Positions 8,995 to 19,793 of a stretch of DNA of 64,000 nt are shown here, in pieces (the stretch's first letter is position 1; every line of letters begins with the position of its first letter). The stretch lies in contig CAWJQU010000005.1 in NCBI GenBank assembly GCA_963845145.1, positions 64,001 to 128,000 of the forward strand. The letters run 5' to 3'. A program made the position numbers and the translations under genes. This DNA comes from an uncultured delta proteobacterium. Lineage in GTDB: Bacteria > Desulfobacterota > Desulfobacteria > Desulfobacterales > QNYZ01. The notes under the pieces were generated by a model. The model did no database searches and had not been told where the DNA came from. It saw only the letters and a list, made by a program, of their open reading frames with translations.

Positions 8995-10521
8995 ATGAAC
9001 CATCTTGCCCCTTTATTGCAAATGCAAGGGATCTGTAAGCAATTCGGTTCCGTCAAAGCCAACGATTGCGCCGATTTATCCCTTTATCCCGGGGATATTC
9101 TCGGGCTTCTGGGTGAGAACGGCGCCGGCAAAACCACTTTGATGAATGTTTTGTTCGGTGTATATGCCGCCGATGCCGGACGTATTTTAGTCGACGGCAA
9201 GCCGGTTTCTATTCGCAACTCGGCCGACGCACTGGCGATGGGCGTGGGCATGGTCCATCAACACTTTCACGTGGTCGGGTGTCACACCGTGCTTGAAAAT
9301 TTGATGGTCGGGCAAAAAGGCTCCTTTGGGCGACTGGACCGCGCATCCATCTACCGACGTATGGACAAAATTGACCGGCGCTACGGGTTGCGATTAAATC
9401 CACAGACCCGTGTGGAAGACCTCACGATCGGTGAGCAACAACGTCTGGAAATTATCAAGGCGCTGAGCCAGGGTGCACGAATCCTCATCCTGGACGAGCC
9501 CACGTCTACCTTGACACCCCAGGAAGCAGAAGGGTTATTCGAAGCCCTGCGCGCCATGGCAGCCGGAAAAATGGGCGTCATATTTATCAGCCACAAGCTC
9601 AACGAGATACGAACCCTGACCAACCGGGTCGTGGTCATGCGTCGCGGCAAGGTCATCGCCCAGCGGGAAAACGATGCTGACATCAGCCGTAGAGCTTTGG
9701 CCGAACTGATGTGCGGCCAAACCCTCGAATCACCCCAAAAACCGACGGCCATCGTTCCAAGGACGGATCGGCCGTTGCTGTCACTTGAAAACGTAAACAC
9801 TGCGGGCGACACCAAGGCCCGCCTGAAGAATATTGAACTACATATTCACGGCGGCGAGATCGTCGGCATTGCCGGTGTGTCTGGAAACGGCCAACGCGAA
9901 TTGGCCGAAGTCATTGCCGGGGTGCGCATGCCGGCCTCAGGCCGCTTCAGCATTGATGGAAAACCCTTAAAACAGTTCTCGGTTCGAGAAGTGCAGGACC
10001 GCGGTGTTGGCCGCGTACCCGAAGACCGTACCGGGATCGGCCTTATAACGACCTTGCCCCTGGCCGACAATATGGTCATGCCGCGAATTCGGGAAAAGCG
10101 ATTCAGCCGATACGGTTTTTTAAAGCCCAAGGCCATTCGTGAATTCGTCACCACGCAAATCGAACGCTTTGCAATCAAAACCGACGGCATAACAATACGT
10201 ACCGGCACACTATCCGGGGGTAACCTTCAAAAGGCGCTGCTGGCACGGGAATTGGCCTGGGACCCACTCATTTTGCTGGTCGCCCAGCCCACACGGGGGC
10301 TCGATATCGCTGCGGCTCGTTTCGTCCACAGTCAATTTTTCCAATTACGTGCGCAAGGTCGGGCGCTCGTAGTGATCAGCGAGGACCTTGAAGAGCTCTT
10401 TCACCTTTCTGATCGTATCGCCGTGATGTTCGAAGGACGGATTATGGATACCCTTCCCATTGAAAAGGCGACCATTGGACGGGTCGGCATGTTAATGGCC
10501 GGCGTCAAGGAGGCCTTATGA
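8995..10521 (+). CDS. Nucleoside ABC transporter ATP-binding protein (CUT2, two NBDs)
   Basis: GENGAGKT, LILDEPT, ISHKL, GVSGNGQ, LSGGNLQK, QPTRGLD. Confidence 0.92.
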   Translation: MNHLAPLLQMQGICKQFGSVKANDCADLSLYPGDILGLLGENGAGKTTLMNVLFGVYAADAGRILVDGKPVSIRNSADALAMGVGMVHQHFHVVGCHTVLENLMVGQKGSFGRLDRASIYRRMDKIDRRYGLRLNPQTRVEDLTIGEQQRLEIIKALSQGARILILDEPTSTLTPQEAEGLFEALRAMAAGKMGVIFISHKLNEIRTLTNRVVVMRRGKVIAQRENDADISRRALAELMCGQTLESPQKPTAIVPRTDRPLLSLENVNTAGDTKARLKNIELHIHGGEIVGIAGVSGNGQRELAEVIAGVRMPASGRFSIDGKPLKQFSVREVQDRGVGRVPEDRTGIGLITTLPLADNMVMPRIREKRFSRYGFLKPKAIREFVTTQIERFAIKTDGITIRTGTLSGGNLQKALLARELAWDPLILLVAQPTRGLDIAAARFVHSQFFQLRAQGRALVVISEDLEELFHLSDRIAVMFEGRIMDTLPIEKATIGRVGMLMAGVKEAL

Positions 10522-11582
10522 TCGGTCTTCGCCTGGAGCGCCGGGATCACACACCGGTGTGGCTGAACCTGTCACTGCCCCTTCTGGCGATTCTGGCGAC
10601 GTTGATCCTTTGCAGCGGATTAATCGCCATGGCCGGCGCCAATGTGTTTTCGGCCTACGCCACACTTTTTTCAAGCGCCCTGAGCTCCCGCTTTAACCTC
10701 GTTGAAACGCTGGTTAAAGCCACACCGCTGGTTTTCACCGGATTGGCCGTTACCGTCGCCTTTCGTGCCAAGTTCTGGAATATCGGTGCCGAGGGGCAAC
10801 TGCTGGCCGGGGCCATGGCGGCAGCGTTTATTGGGGGCCGTGAGTTTTTGCCTGCCTGGAGCCTGGTGCCCGGCATGATCATCGCAGGAAGTGTAGCCGG
10901 TGGCATCTGGGCCTTAATTCCCGCCTTTTTAAAAACCCGTTTTAAAGTGGACGACGTGGTCACCACCCTTTTATTAAATTTTATTATCTTCTATGGCATG
11001 ATGGCCCTATTGGACGGGCCCTGGAAAGATCCGTTAAGCGGCTACCCGGATTCGCCGGATATTCGCATGGAGGCCGAGTTTCCCATTCTTCTTAAAGCGA
11101 CCCGCTTACATTTGGGCGTATTGCTGGCCGCCATGGCCGCTTTTCTGGCCTGGGTGCTGATGAGCCATACCACGGTGGGCTTTGCCATCAAGGCCGTTGG
11201 CGAAAATGCCACGGCTGCCCACTATGCCGGTTTTAGTATTACCGGTGTCATGATGACCACGGCCCTGGTATCCGGCGCCCTGGCCGGCCTTGCCGGTGTC
11301 AGTGAGGTGGCCGGCATCCATTTTCAGGTCATGGCAGGACTGTCTCCCGGATATGGATATACCGGTATCGTCATTGCCATGCTGGCCCGGCTGAACCCGG
11401 TGGGTGTGATTCCGGCGGCGGTCTTTTTTGCGGTAATCATTACCGGTGCCGAAGCCATGTCGCGGGCTACCGGCGTGCCCGTGTTTTTAGCGGATGTTAT
11501 TCAAGGAACAGCCCTTGTCACCATGCTGGTAGGGCTTCTGTTCAACCAATATCGGCTACGCTGGACGAAAGGATCGGCATGA
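10518..11582 (+). CDS. Nucleoside ABC transporter permease 1 (BPD_transp_2)
   Basis: Multi-TM; WNIGAEGQ, GYGYTGIVIAMLARLNP; ATGA overlap. Confidence 0.9.
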   Translation: MIGLRLERRDHTPVWLNLSLPLLAILATLILCSGLIAMAGANVFSAYATLFSSALSSRFNLVETLVKATPLVFTGLAVTVAFRAKFWNIGAEGQLLAGAMAAAFIGGREFLPAWSLVPGMIIAGSVAGGIWALIPAFLKTRFKVDDVVTTLLLNFIIFYGMMALLDGPWKDPLSGYPDSPDIRMEAEFPILLKATRLHLGVLLAAMAAFLAWVLMSHTTVGFAIKAVGENATAAHYAGFSITGVMMTTALVSGALAGLAGVSEVAGIHFQVMAGLSPGYGYTGIVIAMLARLNPVGVIPAAVFFAVIITGAEAMSRATGVPVFLADVIQGTALVTMLVGLLFNQYRLRWTKGSA

Positions 11583-12523
11583 ACGAAATTTTCGCCCAGG
11601 TTTTTCAAATCGGCTTTTTCACGGCCTTGATTCGTATTGCCACACCCTTGATGTTCGGCACCCTGGGGGAACTGTTTGCCGAGCGGGCCGGGGTTCTAAA
11701 CCTCGGTATCGAAGGGATCATGATGCTATCCGCTATGACCGGATTTTCCGCCACCTATTTCAGCGGCAGCCTCTGGCTCGGCGTTTTGGCAGCCATATGC
11801 ACCGGCATGTTGGCAGGGCTGTTGATGGGGGTCCTGACGGTTAGCCTCGGCCTTAGCCAGCACGTATCGGGAATCGGAACAACCTTATTATGCTCCGGGC
11901 TCTCTTTTTTCTTTTATCGGTTGATATTCGGACAACCGTCATCAATTCCAAAAATCAAGGCCTTTGAAACCGTCCCGCTTCCCATTTTATCATCCCTTCC
12001 CGTGATCGGACCGATTTTTTTCGATCAGTTCGCCCTGGTTTATTTAGCCATGGCCATTGTTCCGATCAGCGCTTTTATCCTTTTTCACACGCCCTGGGGT
12101 TTGAACCTTCGCACGGTGGGCGAGAATCCCAATGCTGCCGATACCGCCGGGGTCAATGTACATGCGATGCGCTTTCAGGCGCTGTTGATCTCCGGGGCGC
12201 TGATGGGCCTGGCCGGGGCTTTTCTATCCATGGCCCAATACAACGCCTATACGTTTGGGGTTATCTCCGGTCGTGGCTGGGTCTGTATTGCTTTGGTTGT
12301 TTTCGGCCAATGGAGCCCGTGGAAAAGTGCCGGCGGCGCGCTATTGTTCGCGTTTATCGATGCCCTGCAGCTTCGTTTGCAGGCCGGCAGCCTCATTGAT
12401 GTGCCCTACCAGGTATTCCTGATGATGCCTTTTGTCCTCACCATCGTTGGCATGGCCATGGTTTCCCGGAATGCCCGGGCACCGGCTGCCCTATTAAAAC
12501 CGTTTAGAAAGGAGGAACGCTGA
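11579..12523 (+). CDS. Nucleoside ABC transporter permease 2
   Basis: ERAGVLNLGIEG, GENPNAADTAG, GRGWVCIALVVFGQW. Confidence 0.9.
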   Translation: MNEIFAQVFQIGFFTALIRIATPLMFGTLGELFAERAGVLNLGIEGIMMLSAMTGFSATYFSGSLWLGVLAAICTGMLAGLLMGVLTVSLGLSQHVSGIGTTLLCSGLSFFFYRLIFGQPSSIPKIKAFETVPLPILSSLPVIGPIFFDQFALVYLAMAIVPISAFILFHTPWGLNLRTVGENPNAADTAGVNVHAMRFQALLISGALMGLAGAFLSMAQYNAYTFGVISGRGWVCIALVVFGQWSPWKSAGGALLFAFIDALQLRLQAGSLIDVPYQVFLMMPFVLTIVGMAMVSRNARAPAALLKPFRKEER

Positions 12524-13818
12524 TGATCGATCTCATTGTTCGCGGCGTCAATCTTCCCGATGGTCGAAAAAACTGTGACATCGCCATGGCAAACGGGCGG
12601 ATCGAATCTGTTGCGCCGAATATTGACACCCCGGCTAAAAATGAAATCGACGCGAGAGGGCGCCTGGCCACGCCGCCTTTTGTGGACAGCCACTTTCATC
12701 TGGATGCCGCCTTAACTTACGGGCAACCGCGAATCAACCAAAGCGGCACTTTACTCGAGGGAATCGCCCTGTGGGGCGAATTAAAACCCCATCTCACAAT
12801 CGAAGCCATCAAAGCCCGCGCCGAAAAACTCTGCCGGTGGGCCATTGCCCGGGGAACCCTTGCCATCCGTAGCCATGTGGATATTGGTGATGACCGCCTT
12901 CTGGCCGTTCAGGCCCTTTTGGAAGTACGCCAACAGTTCAAGCCGTACCTGGATATCCAGTTGGTGGCCTTTCCCCAGGACGGTTATTTCCGGGACCGCC
13001 GCGCCAAAAAAAACCTGGTCCGTGCTTTGGATATGGGGGTCGATGTCGTGGGTGGCATTCCTCATTTTGAGGCCTCCATGGCCGAAGGCGCCCGGTCGGT
13101 GACGGCCCTGTGCGAACTGGCCGCCGATCGCCGCCTGCCGGTGGACATGCACTGCGATGAAAGTGATGACCCCCTCTCACGTCATATAGAAACCCTGACC
13201 TTCGAGACCCGGCGCCTGGGCCTGGCCGGTCGGGTCACCGGCTCGCACCTGACCTCCATGCATGGCATGGATAATGACTACGTCAGCAAATTGCTGCCGT
13301 TGATGCAAGAAGCCGGGATTCATGCCGTAGCCAATCCATTGGTCAATATCACCCTGCAAGGTCGTCACGACACCTACCCGAAACGACGGGGAATGACCCG
13401 TGTCAAGGAGATGCTGGCGGCAGGTATCAATGTCTCTTTCGGCCATGATTGCGTGATGGATCCCTGGTATAGCCTTGGCTCCCACGACATGCTGGAAGTG
13501 GCACACATGGGGTTGCATGTGGCCCAAATGACCGGCACGGCAGAAATGAAACAGATATTTGACGCCATCACGTGCAATGGCGCCCGGACTTTGGGGTTGA
13601 AAAACTATGGACTTGAAACGGGCTGTCACGCCGACCTGGTTATCCTGCAGGCGGCAGATATTCATGAGGCCTTGCGATTGAAACCGGCGCGGTTGTTCGT
13701 TATTCGGCGGGGCGAGATCGTTTCGAGGACACAGCCGACAACGGCCGAGCTGCGTTTAGGTAAAAAGGCATTTAAGGTAGATTTTAGCCACTCTTCGGGC
13801 GAACAGGACTCCCTATAA
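12523..13818 (+). CDS. codA: Cytosine deaminase-like amidohydrolase (CodA family)
   Basis: DSHFHLD, SGTLLEGIALW, QLVAFPQDG, GGIPHFE, DMHCDE, LQGRHDTYPKRRG, GHDCVMDPWY. Confidence 0.85.
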   Translation: MIDLIVRGVNLPDGRKNCDIAMANGRIESVAPNIDTPAKNEIDARGRLATPPFVDSHFHLDAALTYGQPRINQSGTLLEGIALWGELKPHLTIEAIKARAEKLCRWAIARGTLAIRSHVDIGDDRLLAVQALLEVRQQFKPYLDIQLVAFPQDGYFRDRRAKKNLVRALDMGVDVVGGIPHFEASMAEGARSVTALCELAADRRLPVDMHCDESDDPLSRHIETLTFETRRLGLAGRVTGSHLTSMHGMDNDYVSKLLPLMQEAGIHAVANPLVNITLQGRHDTYPKRRGMTRVKEMLAAGINVSFGHDCVMDPWYSLGSHDMLEVAHMGLHVAQMTGTAEMKQIFDAITCNGARTLGLKNYGLETGCHADLVILQAADIHEALRLKPARLFVIRRGEIVSRTQPTTAELRLGKKAFKVDFSHSSGEQDSL

Positions 13819-13912
13819 CAAACGGGTTGTGTGTCCCTTTCGTTGGCCGGCACGATTCCGCTACCAAGCCTGCATAGCAACACCCGGCACTTTCACATTA
13901 TCGACAGATTCC

Positions 13913-15148
13913 TCACTCTGCTGCGGGCCCTTTAACAATCGAACTTGGAATTATAAAAACAAACGTACTGCCCACCCCCTCCCCGTTGCTTTCGGCCCAC
14001 AAATGCCCGCCATGCAATTCAACGATTTGCCTGGAGAGGTATAGTCCCAAACCGGTCCCCCTATATTTAGTATTGATAGCGGGATTTGCCCGCTCGAAGG
14101 CGCCAAAGATACGTTCGAGATCGTCAGGTACTATTCCAACGCCATTGTCACTTATCGAAATACGAATAAATCCGGCCTTACTTTTTTCATCAACATCTTG
14201 ATCGGGTTCAGCCCTGAGCTGGATCTCACCCCCTTCCGGTGAAAACTTAACCGCATTGGCCAGCAAGTTGTAGAGGACTTGCTTCAGCTTGCGTTCATCG
14301 GCGCGGATCGTCTGCGGAATATCCCCGATTTCCGCAGTGACCTTGATCCCTTGTTGTACGGCCTGCTCTTGGATGATATTTAGGCTGTCCCTTAGAAAAA
14401 CCTCAAGATCGATCTCTGAAAGCGTTAAATCCATTTTGCCGGATTCCACCTTGGCAATATTCAATATATCGCTGATGAGGGATAGCAGGTGATGACCACT
14501 GTTTAAAATATCATTTAGATACTCCTCCTGGGTATCGTTTAGCTCACCAAAATGTTTATCCACCAGAATTTCGGAAAACCCGATGATGTGATTCAAAGGG
14601 GTTCTTAACTCATGACTCATATTCGCTAAAAACTGGCTTTTAGCCTCATTGGCCGCCTCGGCCGCCTGCTTGGCCCGAATTAGCTGCTCGGTAATCTCTT
14701 TGCGCTCCTCGGCCTCTTGGGCCATCAATAGATTTTTCGCTTCGATCTCTTTTTTCATGGTATCCAATGAGAGATGCGTCGCCACCCGGGCCAGGACCTC
14801 TTCCGCCTGATACGGCTTGGTGATGTAGTCCACAGCACCCATGGAGAACGCTTTCACCACGTCGTCTAAGGTTCCCGAGGCGCTGAGAAATATAATCGGG
14901 ACGTCCAAGGATGGCGCCTCCTTTTTCAAGCGACGACACACCTGAAACCCATTCAGTTTCGGCATGCCTATATCCAGCAGAATTAAATCGGGTGCTTCCG
15001 CCCGGATGCTGGCCAAGGCCGCCTCGCCATCTATAGCGGGACGCACATTGAACCCTTCCCGGCTCAGAATTTCGACAATCAGACGCAAATCATTCAGTGA
15101 ATCGTCAGCAACCAATATGTCAGTATTTTTTTTGGCGTCTGTACGCAT
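13913..15148 (-). CDS. Hybrid response regulator/histidine kinase (REC-HisKA-HATPase)
   Basis: ILVADD...LLDIGMP...KP receiver; FLANMSHELRTPLN; NAVKF, DNGVGI, GTGLGL boxes. Confidence 0.92.
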   Translation of the reverse strand: MRTDAKKNTDILVADDSLNDLRLIVEILSREGFNVRPAIDGEAALASIRAEAPDLILLDIGMPKLNGFQVCRRLKKEAPSLDVPIIFLSASGTLDDVVKAFSMGAVDYITKPYQAEEVLARVATHLSLDTMKKEIEAKNLLMAQEAEERKEITEQLIRAKQAAEAANEAKSQFLANMSHELRTPLNHIIGFSEILVDKHFGELNDTQEEYLNDILNSGHHLLSLISDILNIAKVESGKMDLTLSEIDLEVFLRDSLNIIQEQAVQQGIKVTAEIGDIPQTIRADERKLKQVLYNLLANAVKFSPEGGEIQLRAEPDQDVDEKSKAGFIRISISDNGVGIVPDDLERIFGAFERANPAINTKYRGTGLGLYLSRQIVELHGGHLWAESNGEGVGSTFVFIIPSSIVKGPAAE

Positions 15149-15291
15149 TGTATTGCACCCCTTTCATGTTCATTATCACAGGAAATTGTTCACCCATGCC
15201 TGTTAAAATTGTTTCCCTCAATCGGCAGCGACCCGCTGGAACACCGGTTATGACCCATTGTATCTAAAAATACGGCACCCATATTCTATTT

Positions 15292-18093
15292 TCATTCGCC
15301 GAACCTGTTTTTTCGAATCATCGCCACAATGGTTTGATAGTCGAAACGAGCAGCCAGTAAAGCCAAAGTCTCAGCTGTATCCTGATCATGGCGACGAACC
15401 TGTTCGATGAACTCAACCATTTTATTCATGTCGGTCCGAATACAGGCGGCTTCTATTCTATCGAGCAAATCGATTGGAATCGAGGCTAAATCAAGACCCG
15501 GCGTATCCGTTTTCTGTTGTTTTCGCCGGCCTTCCTCCCCCGAATCATCGTAAACCCATTTAATATCCAGGTGCCTATCCATCATCTCCAGCAGATCCTT
15601 TTCTCGAATGGGTTTGCGCATAAAGTCATCGCATCCGGCGTCAAGGATTCTGGCCCGCTCCTCTTCAAAACTACTGGCGGTCAGCGCCAGAATTTTTATG
15701 GTATCTCCGCCCAGACTCTCCTTGATTCGTTTTGTGGCCTCATAGCCGCTCATCACCGGCATACGCATATCCATCCAGATTAGGTGCGGAGCGAACGCCT
15801 TCCATTTTTCGATAGCCTCTTTACCGTTATTCGCCTCGCGCAATTCAAACCCCAACGGCTCCAAAAGATCCAACATGAGTTTGCGGCTGTCTGCGATGTC
15901 ATCCACCACCAGAATGCGATATGCGGGCTGTCCCGGTGCCATGCCGATGATGCGCCGATCGTCAAGTTCGGTATCCCCCGCGGGCGCTTCGACCACGTCC
16001 ATGGGTATCTCAAATGCAAAGGTCGATCCCTTGCCCGGTCGGCTATCAACGGTGATCTCTCCACCCAAAAGGGTCACAAACTGTTTGCTGATGGCCAGCC
16101 CCAGTCCCGTACCCTCCTGCCGGGCCCGGCCGGAATGGGTCTGGGCAAAGGCATCAAACAAGACGCCCTGCTCTTCCGGAGCGATCCCCACACCGGTATC
16201 GCTGATTTCAAATAAAAGTCTGACCCGGGTCGCATCAGCCCCAGCGTTCTCCAAGGCTCGAATATCCGCCCGGACGGTCACCTCTCCCTCTTCGGTAAAC
16301 TTAACGGCATTGCTTACCAGGTTGACCAATACCTGGCGGAGCTTAACCGCATCGGTTGATACGGCCCGGGGTAGATTGGAGCCAAGTTCAAACGTCAATC
16401 CCAGATTTTTCTCCCTTGCTTTGAGGGAAAACATATCCTTGATCCCATTCAGCAAGCCCAGCAAATCACACGGATCGGTCTCGACGCTGATCCGCCCGGC
16501 TTCGATGCGGGAGAGTTCCAACACATCATTGATCAGGGTCAGCAGATGCTCACCGCTGCGGTGAACGATTGAGAGCCTCTCCTGCTGCAATGAAGATAGC
16601 ACATCATTACCGGTGTCTACGTCGCGCAGCATAAGATTGGAAAACCCGAGCATCGTATTCAAAGGAGACCGTAATTCATGACTTATACTTGCCAGAAAGG
16701 TACTCTTGGCCTGGTTGGCCCCTTCAGCTTCTTTGCTGGTTTGTCGTAACTTTTCCTCGGTGCGTTTGAGTTTTATAATCGACCAAACACTTTCCGCCAA
16801 CAATGACAGCCGGTCGATATCGACTTGATCATAATCGCTCTTTTTATTCCCCACACCGATAATGGCGACAATTTTACCATCATCTATCACGGGCACTCCC
16901 AGGTCGCGCATCACAGCGACATGCCCCTCGGGCAGGCCTTTCTTGTGGGGCAGGCTCTTATAGTCATTGTGGAAAACCGGTTTTCTTTGATGGACACAAT
17001 CAATCCACACCCCGGCCTGCTCAATGGAATAATGCAAACCTTTTTCACCTGCGGTACAATGCCTTAGTGTATTTTTTGACCAGGTTTGAAGTAAAATATC
17101 TTTTTCGTCCGCGTCAACAAAATGGAAATATCCAATTTGGCTGCTGGTTGCTTTTTCGGCTTCCTCCAGGGCATGCTGAATCACTTCATCAATACCATGG
17201 CGTCCGACTATTTTCAGGAGGTGCAGCGCTGATCCCATCACCTTTTCAGCCTGTATCCGCTGTGCTATTTCTATTTTCAAATGCTCATTAGCGGATTCCA
17301 GCTCTGTTGTGCGTTCTTTTATTTTATGGTTATACTTATCCCGGGCAATGATGGTAGCCTTCAAACGATCCACCATCCGGTCTATTGCCCGGGACAAATC
17401 GCCGAGCTCATTCGATTGAGTATTGCCGACACGATGGTTTAAGTTTCCCGAAGCAATAATATCGGTTCCTTTGTGCAGAGCCGAAAGCGGGCGCACAATA
17501 CTTTTGACCAGAAAAAAAACCCACAATCCAAAAAAGACGGCCACAACGCCTGTAAGGATAATCGCCGTCAATTCCAGACGATTAAGGTAACCCAACAGTC
17601 TTGAACCTTTCATTTTTCCGATAAGGACAGTATCCGAAATGATATTCTGGGATGTAAGAGACATCTGCCCCATAATTCTGAGTTTAAGTTCCTGCACTAC
17701 TTCCAGGTCAATACCAGGAGAGCTTTCGGGATTAAGAAGAGTTGTCAGTCTCAAAAATAATGGCAATAACCTGTCATTATTTTTAAATAGGGCCCGTATT
17801 TTTATTTGTACTTCCATATTCTCGGAATGGAGATCCTTTAGCCGCTGGCCAAGTGAATCGTATGCCATTTGCCATTGTTTCCTTGCTCGTATTTCTAGAG
17901 GATGCAAGGCAACTTCCTGTGTAAGAGTGGATAGCCGGAAAGCAGTTTGAACCAACCCTTGCAAGGTCTTCTGTTCATCCAATATCAGTTGGGATTCACG
18001 ACTTGTCCACATCGATACTACGCAGAATATTAAACCCAATACAATTGGAAAGATTGCAATATAATTCAATTTTTGGGTAATTTTCATGGTCAT
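15292..18093 (-). CDS. Membrane hybrid sensor kinase (periplasmic domain-HAMP-GAF-HisKA-HATPase-REC-helical tail)
   Basis: Two TM helices, HAMP (GNL..NELGDL), GAF (GVWIDC...PEGH), SHELRSPLN, receiver WMDMRMP. Start uncertain among 18087-18126. Confidence 0.9.
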   Translation of the reverse strand: MTMKITQKLNYIAIFPIVLGLIFCVVSMWTSRESQLILDEQKTLQGLVQTAFRLSTLTQEVALHPLEIRARKQWQMAYDSLGQRLKDLHSENMEVQIKIRALFKNNDRLLPLFLRLTTLLNPESSPGIDLEVVQELKLRIMGQMSLTSQNIISDTVLIGKMKGSRLLGYLNRLELTAIILTGVVAVFFGLWVFFLVKSIVRPLSALHKGTDIIASGNLNHRVGNTQSNELGDLSRAIDRMVDRLKATIIARDKYNHKIKERTTELESANEHLKIEIAQRIQAEKVMGSALHLLKIVGRHGIDEVIQHALEEAEKATSSQIGYFHFVDADEKDILLQTWSKNTLRHCTAGEKGLHYSIEQAGVWIDCVHQRKPVFHNDYKSLPHKKGLPEGHVAVMRDLGVPVIDDGKIVAIIGVGNKKSDYDQVDIDRLSLLAESVWSIIKLKRTEEKLRQTSKEAEGANQAKSTFLASISHELRSPLNTMLGFSNLMLRDVDTGNDVLSSLQQERLSIVHRSGEHLLTLINDVLELSRIEAGRISVETDPCDLLGLLNGIKDMFSLKAREKNLGLTFELGSNLPRAVSTDAVKLRQVLVNLVSNAVKFTEEGEVTVRADIRALENAGADATRVRLLFEISDTGVGIAPEEQGVLFDAFAQTHSGRARQEGTGLGLAISKQFVTLLGGEITVDSRPGKGSTFAFEIPMDVVEAPAGDTELDDRRIIGMAPGQPAYRILVVDDIADSRKLMLDLLEPLGFELREANNGKEAIEKWKAFAPHLIWMDMRMPVMSGYEATKRIKESLGGDTIKILALTASSFEEERARILDAGCDDFMRKPIREKDLLEMMDRHLDIKWVYDDSGEEGRRKQQKTDTPGLDLASIPIDLLDRIEAACIRTDMNKMVEFIEQVRRHDQDTAETLALLAARFDYQTIVAMIRKNRFGE

Positions 18094-18165
18094 CCCCATC
18101 TTGACCGGATCCGCTTGTTCATACAAAGTTTACGGGTATAAAATGCCTCAACACAGAAAATTAAT

Positions 18166-19233
18166 TCACTGAATAATCGAAACTGCCTCAGGCTTCATTT
18201 GCTTGAGTGCATCAAAAAATATCAACTCCAAATAGTTGGGAACGGCAGTCTTTGTGGTAAGGCCTGCCCGGATGGCCCAGCGCGCCTGATCTTCCAGAAG
18301 CAGCAGAAGGGACTGCTCCAGGGCAATTCGAAATTGAATTTGGGGCCAAATCCCCGATAAAGCCTTAGTTGCAACGCCCAATCGATCAGCCACAATGGCC
18401 ATCGTCTCTTTGGGGTGTTTTCGGGTAAATTCTTCGGCCTGCAACATGGCGCGGAGTAGTTTCTTTATTGCCAAGGAATTTTTATCTACAAGTTTTTGGG
18501 ATACCAAAAGGACCTCTACTTGTTCATAAATCCCCGGAGCAGCGAATATAACGGCATTCTCTCCCAACATTTCTTTGGCCTGGCTGATATATGGCTCTCG
18601 CATGGAAAACGCGTCTATTTCGCTGTCTCTCAGTGACGAAGGCAATGACTCGGCCCTCATAAATGAAAGCTTTACATTATTTTCTGAAAGACTGTTTTCA
18701 ATCAAAAAAAGGTGCAAAAAAAAATGAACCGCTGAAGCCTTTTGGGTGGCGACTCGTTTACCTGCCAAATCCAAAGGTTCCGAGATCCCGGCATCCTTTC
18801 GTGCAATGACCCGGTTAAGATTTGAAGCCGTAAATGTTGACGCAATAATCCGAAAATTGGAATGATCCAGGCCAGCGAAAACAATGGGCGTGTCGCTGCA
18901 GGTTATTATATCGGCACGCCCTGTAAGAAAGGCTTCATTCATTGCGCGTTTTCCACTGGGATACTCTTGAACTTCAAGCCTCAGACCATTTTTCGCAAAT
19001 AGTCCTTTCCGGAGTGCGACAAATACCAGTGCATTGGATGGTTGCACTGCCAAACCCAGTCGCAAAACAACATCCGTCTCCCCGGTGGCATCAAGTGTCT
19101 GCTGCTTTTTTTTCAAAAAAAATAATCCAACAACCAGGGAAATCCCAATCAGACCAGCCAACAACCAGATAATATTTCTTCGCTTTAAGATTTTTTCCAA
19201 AGGAAGCTTGGATTGTTGGTTGTTTATTTTCAT
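18166..19233 (-). CDS. NMT1/SsuA-like periplasmic substrate-binding protein (orphan; probable sensory partner of the adjacent kinase)
   Basis: N-terminal TM, DLAGKRVAT, DAFSMREPY; no permease or ATPase adjacent. Confidence 0.8.
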   Translation of the reverse strand: MKINNQQSKLPLEKILKRRNIIWLLAGLIGISLVVGLFFLKKKQQTLDATGETDVVLRLGLAVQPSNALVFVALRKGLFAKNGLRLEVQEYPSGKRAMNEAFLTGRADIITCSDTPIVFAGLDHSNFRIIASTFTASNLNRVIARKDAGISEPLDLAGKRVATQKASAVHFFLHLFLIENSLSENNVKLSFMRAESLPSSLRDSEIDAFSMREPYISQAKEMLGENAVIFAAPGIYEQVEVLLVSQKLVDKNSLAIKKLLRAMLQAEEFTRKHPKETMAIVADRLGVATKALSGIWPQIQFRIALEQSLLLLLEDQARWAIRAGLTTKTAVPNYLELIFFDALKQMKPEAVSIIQ

Positions 19234-19643
19234 CCTTTTTGCTCCTCAACCAAGCGAATGGCCTCTTGGGTTAATTTTAGGATCTGGGGATACTCATACC
19301 GTTCGGCAAGAAGCGCCAAGGCCACGGCCATGGTTGCATCCAGTTCTTTAACCTCTTGAATCACATCATTCACTTCAGCCATGCTTGCTTTAATGATCAA
19401 TTCCAATTGCCTTCCTGCGATTCCACCCGTCTCGTTAATTTGTTCTATGGCAAGTATAGCGCCATTTCTGGCATGTACGCCCCAGTTCGAGGCGGTTCCC
19501 GACAGTGTCGTGGTTAGTCCGATTTTAATAGATTCCCGACGATTGAAGTATCCGTTGGTGCTAAAAACTAAAAAAACAATCAACAAAAGAACCACAACAA
19601 TCGGAATAATTATTCGTTGATTGTGTTTTATATATTTTTTCAT
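19230..19643 (-). pseudogene. Internally deleted LivJ-type sensor/hybrid kinase (N-terminal binding domain fused to a kinase tail)
   Basis: IKIGLTTTLSG...GAILAIEQINETGGIAGRQLELIIK (Leu/Ile/Val-binding protein N-terminus) joined to ASMAEVNDVIQEVKELDATMAVALALLAERYEY, which resembles the C-terminal tail of neighbouring kinases. Confidence 0.65.
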
Positions 19644-19793
19644 TCGACTCTAACTCGCCTTATTAGAGAACAACGGGTCTGGTTACGTAACTATTGATAC
19701 GATTGATGGCACGTCCCTATTTTGCCCTCCAGGAAATTTTTCATATGTATAATAAAGTCCCTGAATACTCAGATAACGGTTGCGTTCAATATT

